NCBI GenBank assembly: GCA_016875095.1
Contig: VGSG01000008.1
Location: 66,379-90,378, forward strand
From: Deltaproteobacteria bacterium
GTDB lineage: Bacteria; Desulfobacterota; Desulfomonilia; Desulfomonilales; Desulfomonilaceae
Length of the DNA stretch: 24,000 bases
Direction: 5' to 3'
Part shown: positions 18,889 through 24,000 of the stretch, in pieces
Layout: each line of letters starts with the position of its first letter
Position numbering within the stretch: the first letter of the stretch is position 1
The notes under the pieces: model-generated
Told to the model about the DNA's origin: nothing
Seen by the model: only the letters and a program-made list of their open reading frames with translations
The model's database searches: none
Position numbers and translations under genes: made by a program

Positions 18889-19271
18889 TTACCTTTCTCA
18901 TTGGAGATCAAACCGGTCTTTCTTCCTCCAATTTCATGCGCGGGGAGCTGCGGAACTCTTCACCGGGAGCGACACCGCGATATATGGGGGGGCTTATGGG
19001 CGCGCGGCGTCGGAGGGTTCATTGGGTTCCGGAGGGGAATTATTCCCTGTTCCGTCCCGTTTCCCGCTGAGAATTCTCCAAGGACCGGATGGGCGCTTGC
19101 AATCAGAGCTATTTCGAGGGGGAGCGGGGAATTTTTAGCCATTCAGTCGTCTTTTTCTTCCTAAAATCGTCTGACAGGCAACGCACTGGCAGGGAATATT
19201 TTCCGGTGGAGATGTGTAACATTTTGACATCGTAAGCTCTTTCATATTGACGTTTTGACTCAGAAAAATTC

Positions 19272-19301
19272 TTGACACATTTTATGCCTCTATCTTATAG
19301 T
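19272..19301 (+). promoter_or_regulatory. sigma70-type promoter upstream of the dsrM-like gene: TTGACA, 18 nt, TATAGT
   Basis: cagaaaaattcTTGACAcattttatgcctctatctTATAGTacac. The -35 is at 19272-19277 and the -10 at 19296-19301, with an A-tract upstream. This implies a leader of roughly 180 nt before the ATG at 19491. Confidence 0.5.
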
Positions 19302-19490
19302 ACACTTCAGTGGCGGGAGCGCTATCCATTTCCACAGCATTACCCACGAACCGGATACCCGAGTGATCTCTGTCCATTTCTTTTTCAGCGTCACAGGTCT
19401 GTGCCGGAGAGGACGCGCGGGGAGGTTGCGGGCGCGACCGGGACCCTTCAGGTGCGTAAAGCTGCATAAAAAGCCGAATGGGAGGCAAAC

Positions 19491-20162
19491 ATGGAGAATA
19501 AGGTAAGCTATGCCCTGTACGTCTTACAGGAACCTGTTCAGTACATTGCCCTGACCTTTATGGCTCTCATGTACGCCATAAAGATCTACCAGCTCATGAA
19601 GAAACCCGGACCGCCAGAGAAAGCCGAGCTCAAGGGCGATCGGTACGCGGGCGCTCTCCATTCGTTGGCGAACGTGCTCCGGCCTTGGGGCATGGAGAGC
19701 ACGCGCAGCCACCCCTATTTCTATGTGGAGTTCTTGATCTTCCACATTGCGGTGGCGTTGACGATCGGCTCCACCTTCTTCATTCCTCTGACGCCTTGGC
19801 TGATGACCCCGCTCGTGTCAAAAGTCATCATGGTCTTCATGGGATTGGCCTTCTTGATCGGACTGCGGCGCATCTATCGCCGGATCACTGTGCCTGAAAT
19901 ACGTATCATCAGCAGCCCGGATGACTTCTTCGCCATAACGTTGATGACGGTCTTTTTTGCCGTGGGCTTTGTCACCATGTGGCTTTGGATTCAGGGCAAA
20001 CCCGAGACAGGCTGGATGTGGCTATTCTTCCTGATGGTCACCTTCTTCCTCATTTATGTGCCCTTCAGCAAGATCTCCCATTACGTCCTCTATCCGTTCG
20101 GCCGTGTCATGTACGGCCAGGTTTTTGGAGGCCGGGGAATCTTGAACAGAAACGCACGATAA
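19491..20162 (+). CDS. DsrM/HmeC/NarI-like integral membrane protein (putative b-type cytochrome, quinone-interacting subunit)
   Basis: 223 aa with about 5 hydrophobic helices. His residues lie in or near helices (ALHSL, FHIAV), and the C-terminal PFSKISHYVLYPF resembles the NarI/DsrM-family motif. GGGAGG RBS at 19480-19485. It lies immediately upstream of an HdrD/DsrK-like gene. Confidence 0.7.
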   Translation: MENKVSYALYVLQEPVQYIALTFMALMYAIKIYQLMKKPGPPEKAELKGDRYAGALHSLANVLRPWGMESTRSHPYFYVEFLIFHIAVALTIGSTFFIPLTPWLMTPLVSKVIMVFMGLAFLIGLRRIYRRITVPEIRIISSPDDFFAITLMTVFFAVGFVTMWLWIQGKPETGWMWLFFLMVTFFLIYVPFSKISHYVLYPFGRVMYGQVFGGRGILNRNAR

Positions 20163-20198
20163 CCAGCAGCAATACAGACCAATTTCGGAGGAATTACC

Positions 20199-21599
20199 AT
20201 GCCCGATCCCGTAGAAACCAGCAAAATTCAGACGTCCGAGCCCGAACCCGCAGCGCCGGAGAAGCTTGGAACCCAAGAAAACCGCAAGTGGCCTGTGCTT
20301 GCAGAGTTCACGCCCGAGGCTTTGGCCAAAATGGAGAAGGTCCTCCCCAGCAAGCTCAACAGGATCGTCCAGACATCCCTGGCCGGCTGTATTCATTGCG
20401 GTATGTGTACGGAAGCGTGCCATTACACCCAGTCCATCCCTGAGGACAAGACACTGGTCCCCGCGTACAAGGCGGATCGGTTTCGCAAGTGGTACAAATA
20501 CCGATACGACTGGATGGCGAAAGCGTTCCCGTCCTTTGTTGGCGCCAAACCTCTCAGCAAAGACCTTGCAGACGAAATGTACGATAAGCTTTGGGGCGGG
20601 TGCACCATGTGTCGTCGCTGCACGTTCAACTGCCCAATGGGCGTTGATTACGGCATGATGGTGCGAGCGGCCCGCGGCATCATGTGCGAGGCGGGACGCG
20701 TTCCCCAGAACCTTCAGGACACGGTGGACGCGCACTATAATCACGGCAACAACATGGCCGTGCCCCAGGACGAGTTCATCGAGACCATTGAGTGGATAGA
20801 GGAAGAACTCCAGTCCGAAGAAGGTTGCGAACATTTCACAATTCCCCTGGACAAAAAAGGGGCTCAGTACTTGCTGACCCTCAATCCCCGCGAGCCCAAG
20901 TATTACCCAATGACCATCCAGTCCACCGCCAAGGTCCTCAACGCGGCCGGGGTGAGCTTCACCATTTCGAGTCGTTATTGGGACATGACCAACTATGCCA
21001 TGTTCAACGGCATGGATGGGGACGCAAAACTCTTCGCCAAATGGCTTTTTGATGAAGTGGACCGACTTGGTTGCGAATATCTGATGTCCGGCGAGTGTGG
21101 CCACGGATATCGGGGGATTCGGTGGGAGATGTCCAACTGGCTTGGCGGGGTGCCCTTTAAGATCACCAGCTCCATGGAGCTCTTCGCTGACTTGATCCAG
21201 ACGAACAGGCTCAAGCTGGACAAGTCCGTCCATGACAACAAGATCTTTACCTATCACGATTCGTGCAACATAGCCCGGTCCGGGGGCGTGCTTGAGGAGC
21301 CTCGGGTTGTAATCAGGGCCGCGGTGAACAACTTCGTGGAGATGCCCCACAACAGAGAGCAGAGCTACTGCTGCGGAGGGGGAGGCGGCGCGCTGGCCAT
21401 GCCCGAGTTTGCCAAGCGCCGGATTGCTTCGGGAAAAATAAAGGCCGACGAAATCAAGGCTACAGGAGCCAACGTGGTGTTGCAGTCGTGCCACAACTGC
21501 ACGGACATGCTCAAGGAAATCTGCGAGCACTACGGCATACACGCGAAGGTGATGAATCTCGCCGAACTCCTTGACCCTGCGCTCGTGCTCACGGACTAA
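20199..21599 (+). CDS. DsrK/HdrD/HmeD-like iron-sulfur oxidoreductase with a CCG domain
   Basis: 466 aa. Two ferredoxin-type motifs: CIHCGMCTEAC (20388-20420) and CTMCRRCTFNCP (20601-20633). One intact C-terminal CCG-type motif: HDSC (Cys 21264-21266), SYCCGGGGG (21369-21374) and SCHNC (21489-21500). GGAGG RBS at 20186-20190. Confidence 0.85.
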   Translation: MPDPVETSKIQTSEPEPAAPEKLGTQENRKWPVLAEFTPEALAKMEKVLPSKLNRIVQTSLAGCIHCGMCTEACHYTQSIPEDKTLVPAYKADRFRKWYKYRYDWMAKAFPSFVGAKPLSKDLADEMYDKLWGGCTMCRRCTFNCPMGVDYGMMVRAARGIMCEAGRVPQNLQDTVDAHYNHGNNMAVPQDEFIETIEWIEEELQSEEGCEHFTIPLDKKGAQYLLTLNPREPKYYPMTIQSTAKVLNAAGVSFTISSRYWDMTNYAMFNGMDGDAKLFAKWLFDEVDRLGCEYLMSGECGHGYRGIRWEMSNWLGGVPFKITSSMELFADLIQTNRLKLDKSVHDNKIFTYHDSCNIARSGGVLEEPRVVIRAAVNNFVEMPHNREQSYCCGGGGGALAMPEFAKRRIASGKIKADEIKATGANVVLQSCHNCTDMLKEICEHYGIHAKVMNLAELLDPALVLTD

Positions 21600-21954
21600 C
21601 AGGGGTTCTCACAAAAGCTGCGACTCGCGGGCTCATCTTTCGGGAAAGACCTGATTCGACAGGCCCGCATAGGAGCGCGCAGCATGAATGGGTCCGGGGG
21701 ATGGCTTTCCGCGCAAGAGAGTCCCCCGGGTCTTTCAAGCGTTGTTCTCCAAGGTTCTGCGCAGTGTGGCGCTCTTTTCGGGGTGGTGTTTCAGAGGTCT
21801 TTGTCGAGCGTCACATATTGGGACGCATGAGTGTGCGGGGCCCGTATACGCGCGGTGTCGAATCCGCTCAAACGTAACGAAATAAGCAACCGTTCCCCGG
21901 TTTCCAAGGCCCGGGCGTGCGATCGCATTTCCGCGGTTGCTTGAACGCTGAGCA

Positions 21955-24000
21955 ATGGTGAAAGAGCTCCTCCAACTGGTCCGCAAGTTTATGCGCAGCT
22001 TGAGCTTCAAGCTGAGCTTCTTTGCAGGTCTGATCATGTTCCTCGCGTTGATGGCTTTCACGTACCACAGTGTGAGGATTCAGGAGGAGGATTTCATCCA
22101 AAGAGCCGCACACGGGGCCCTGGAGGATTCGGAAGTGGTCAAGGCAGCGATTTGGGATGGCATGATGACCAACCAGAGAGTCGTGATCGGCGAAATCATC
22201 AAGGCCGTGGGCCAATTGGACCGCTTCATCGAGATTAAGCTCTTTGACACGAAAGGAACTCTTCACTACGCGAGCTTGCCGAAACAGGGGCAACGCGCTG
22301 TGCGCCCCGGGGAAGAGCTCTTGCCCGGTGAAATCGGGGCGAACACAGCGGCTCGGCATCGAGTTTCGCTGGAAAAGAATTGGATTGACGTGGCGAATCC
22401 CATTTTGAACAGCGAGAGCTGTTCCACCGCGGCATGCCACGCGCATCCCCCCGGCCAGACGGTCCTGGGAGTTCTGGCGATGCGAGTCTCTCTGGGCGCC
22501 ATGAGAGACGAGATCCTCGAGAACGCCCGGAAAGCGGCGGTTTTTGCCATTGCCCTCTTTCTGGCCATGTCCAGCGCGATTGGGCTGGCAGTCATCTTTC
22601 TCGTCAATCCAGCGCTCAGGAAGCTGAGGGAGAATGCGATTCGGATGGGCCGAGGCGAGTACCAACCCCAATCCGGCGACCACCATCTCTTTGACGAGAT
22701 GGAGGAGTTAGGCCGTTCCTTTGACGACATGAGCCGGCGGATCACGGAACGGACCAATCGGCTCTTCGAGGGCCGGAAACTCTACAAGTCTCTGTTTGAG
22801 CTGATACCATGTTACCTGACCGTTGTGGACCGGGATTACCGGATCGTTCGCGCCAACAAGGCGTTTGAAGACCAGTTCGGCTCGCAGGTCGGCAAGAATT
22901 GCTTCGCGGGCTACAAAGGGCTGATGTCCAAATGCGAGGACTGCCCTGTTGAAAAGACTTTTGCCGACGGCTTGCCTCACCGGTCGGAAGAGGTGTGGCG
23001 ACTCAATGGTCAGAAAGTGTACGTGCTGGTGAGGACAGCTCCTATCCTGGACGAGAAGGGCTTCGTTTGGCAGGTCCTTGAGATGTCCTTGGACGTTACC
23101 GAGCTGAAACGTCTCCACGTGGAGCTTGAGCGGAAGGAAAAGGAATACCGGGAACTGTTTGAAAAAGCGCCCTGCTATATTACGGTCGTCAACAAGGATT
23201 TCAAGGTGATCCAGGCCAACAATCTGTTCAAACGAGACTTCGGCTATATCCCCGGAGAGCACTGTTTCAAAATCTACAAGAACCAGAACGAAAAGTGCCC
23301 CAACTGTCCGGTGGAACGGACCTTTGAGGACGGCCGCCGCCATGACTCGGAAGAGATTTGGAATCGCAACGGGGAAGAGACCAACGTGATCGTGAACACT
23401 TCACCGCTTAGAGATGAGAACGGCGACATAATCGCGGTGATGGAGATGAGCACGAACATTACCGAGGTCAAGCGCCTCCAGAGCGAGTTGGCCTTGCTTG
23501 GCGAAACCGTGGCGGGGATGTCACATTCAATAAAGAATATTCTGGCCGGGTTGGAGGGGGGCGTGTACGTGGTGGATTCCGGCCTGGAACGCTCGCGCCA
23601 AGACAGAATACGTCAAGGCTGGGGCATGGTGAAGAAGAATGTGGAAAAGGTCTCCGAGCTTGTCCAAGGAATCTTGTACGCCTCGAAGGACCGAGAACCG
23701 GAATATTCCATGACCAATCCCGGACGGGTTCTTGCGGAGGTATGCGATCTCTTCGAGAAACGAGCCGCCGCCGCGGGAATCCAACTGGTTCGCGATTTTG
23801 ACGAGGACATGAGCCAGGGTCTCATGGATGCCGCGGGGATTCATAGCGCGTTGTCCAATCTCATCTCCAACGCCATAGACGCGTGCAAAGACACAGGGAG
23901 GACGCAATACCGCGTGGTGGTCTCAGGCCGGGTGGAGAATGACAGACTGATCCTGCGCGTATCGGACAACGGGCCGGGAATCCCCCTTGAGGTCAAGGAA
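21955..24000 (+). CDS. Multi-sensor histidine kinase (partial, 3' end beyond the window): TM, periplasmic CX4CH domain, TM, HAMP-like, 2x Cys4 PAS-like, HisKA, HATPase_c
   Basis: Not in the ORF track. By hand translation, an in-frame TGA at 21949-21951 is followed by the ATG at 21955, and the frame stays open for 682 codons to 24000. TM1 is about 22012-22065 and TM2 about 22534-22605. H-box AGMSHSIKN (His 23524-23526). N-box NLISNAIDA (Asn 23869-23871). G1 box DNGPGIP (23965-23985). There is no clear RBS, so the exact start is uncertain. Confidence 0.88.
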   Translation, partial: MVKELLQLVRKFMRSLSFKLSFFAGLIMFLALMAFTYHSVRIQEEDFIQRAAHGALEDSEVVKAAIWDGMMTNQRVVIGEIIKAVGQLDRFIEIKLFDTKGTLHYASLPKQGQRAVRPGEELLPGEIGANTAARHRVSLEKNWIDVANPILNSESCSTAACHAHPPGQTVLGVLAMRVSLGAMRDEILENARKAAVFAIALFLAMSSAIGLAVIFLVNPALRKLRENAIRMGRGEYQPQSGDHHLFDEMEELGRSFDDMSRRITERTNRLFEGRKLYKSLFELIPCYLTVVDRDYRIVRANKAFEDQFGSQVGKNCFAGYKGLMSKCEDCPVEKTFADGLPHRSEEVWRLNGQKVYVLVRTAPILDEKGFVWQVLEMSLDVTELKRLHVELERKEKEYRELFEKAPCYITVVNKDFKVIQANNLFKRDFGYIPGEHCFKIYKNQNEKCPNCPVERTFEDGRRHDSEEIWNRNGEETNVIVNTSPLRDENGDIIAVMEMSTNITEVKRLQSELALLGETVAGMSHSIKNILAGLEGGVYVVDSGLERSRQDRIRQGWGMVKKNVEKVSELVQGILYASKDREPEYSMTNPGRVLAEVCDLFEKRAAAAGIQLVRDFDEDMSQGLMDAAGIHSALSNLISNAIDACKDTGRTQYRVVVSGRVENDRLILRVSDNGPGIPLEVKE

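Noticed and set aside
18837-19164. ORFs 18837..19070 (+), 18880..19164 (+) and 18960..19142 (-) as possible small proteins
   Set aside because: They have non-ATG or RBS-less starts, mutually overlapping frames and unprotein-like composition. I treat the region as non-coding (see the finding on 18900-19200).
19186-19205. sigma54-like TGGCAGggaatATTTT upstream of the dsrM-like gene
   Set aside because: GG is present, but the position 10 nt downstream is TT rather than GC, so it does not fit the -24/-12 consensus.
20022-21542. 506-aa minus-strand ORF, the longest 'extra' ORF in the track
   Set aside because: It lies exactly antisense to the DsrK-like gene, which has unmistakable Fe-S and CCG motifs. 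Its translation is low-complexity (Gly/Ala/Arg/His-rich) with no motifs. This is a typical shadow ORF of GC-rich coding DNA.
21919-21926. GCGATCGC octamer (HIP1-like palindrome)
   Set aside because: It occurs only once in the part I inspected. It is meaningful only as a genome-wide over-represented word in cyanobacteria, so here it is most likely chance.
21868-23907. Minus-strand ORFs 21868..22686, 22266..22757, 22708..23343 and 23527..23907
   Set aside because: All lie antisense to the hand-translated histidine kinase frame, which carries TM, HAMP, PAS, H-box and N-box features. The antisense products have no recognisable features.

Overview
The window looks like ordinary chromosomal DNA from a GC-rich anaerobe. 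Gene content (hyp maturation genes, a DsrMK-like module, a C_GCAxxG_C_C protein, Cys-rich PAS kinases, 'FRGNDG'-type palindromic repeats) suggests a Desulfobacterota/deltaproteobacterium-like organism; this is inference only.

Left to right:
- A possible 5' end of a leftward-reading gene at the window edge.
- ssb.
- A five-gene Opp/Dpp-type ABC importer operon: a family-5 binding protein, two permeases and two ATPases.
- An orphan GT-B glycosyltransferase-like gene.
- On the minus strand: gdh, hypE, a 527-bp gap filled with palindromic repeats, then hypD, hypC and hypF.
- A hotdog acyl-CoA thioesterase and a secreted alpha/beta hydrolase.

The most interesting part is 17.8-24.0 kb. An ArsR-family regulator with an unusual CCPPGAKC motif and a C_GCAxxG_C_C protein lie on the minus strand. 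A 736-bp regulatory gap separates them from a divergent DsrM/NarI-like membrane protein and a DsrK/HdrD-like CCG iron-sulfur protein. Next comes a large multi-sensor histidine kinase that is absent from the supplied ORF track because it runs off the window end. I translated it by hand. It has a periplasmic CX4CH motif and two tandem PAS-like modules with identical four-Cys spacing.

I propose this block as a candidate quinol-linked thiol/disulfide redox module with its own sensors and an unknown substrate. That is a hypothesis, not a demonstrated system.

I saw no CRISPR array, tRNA/rRNA gene, transposase/integrase, or recognisable phage-defence or toxin genes. Most long minus-strand ORFs in the track that oppose the called genes are antisense shadow ORFs typical of GC-rich DNA.
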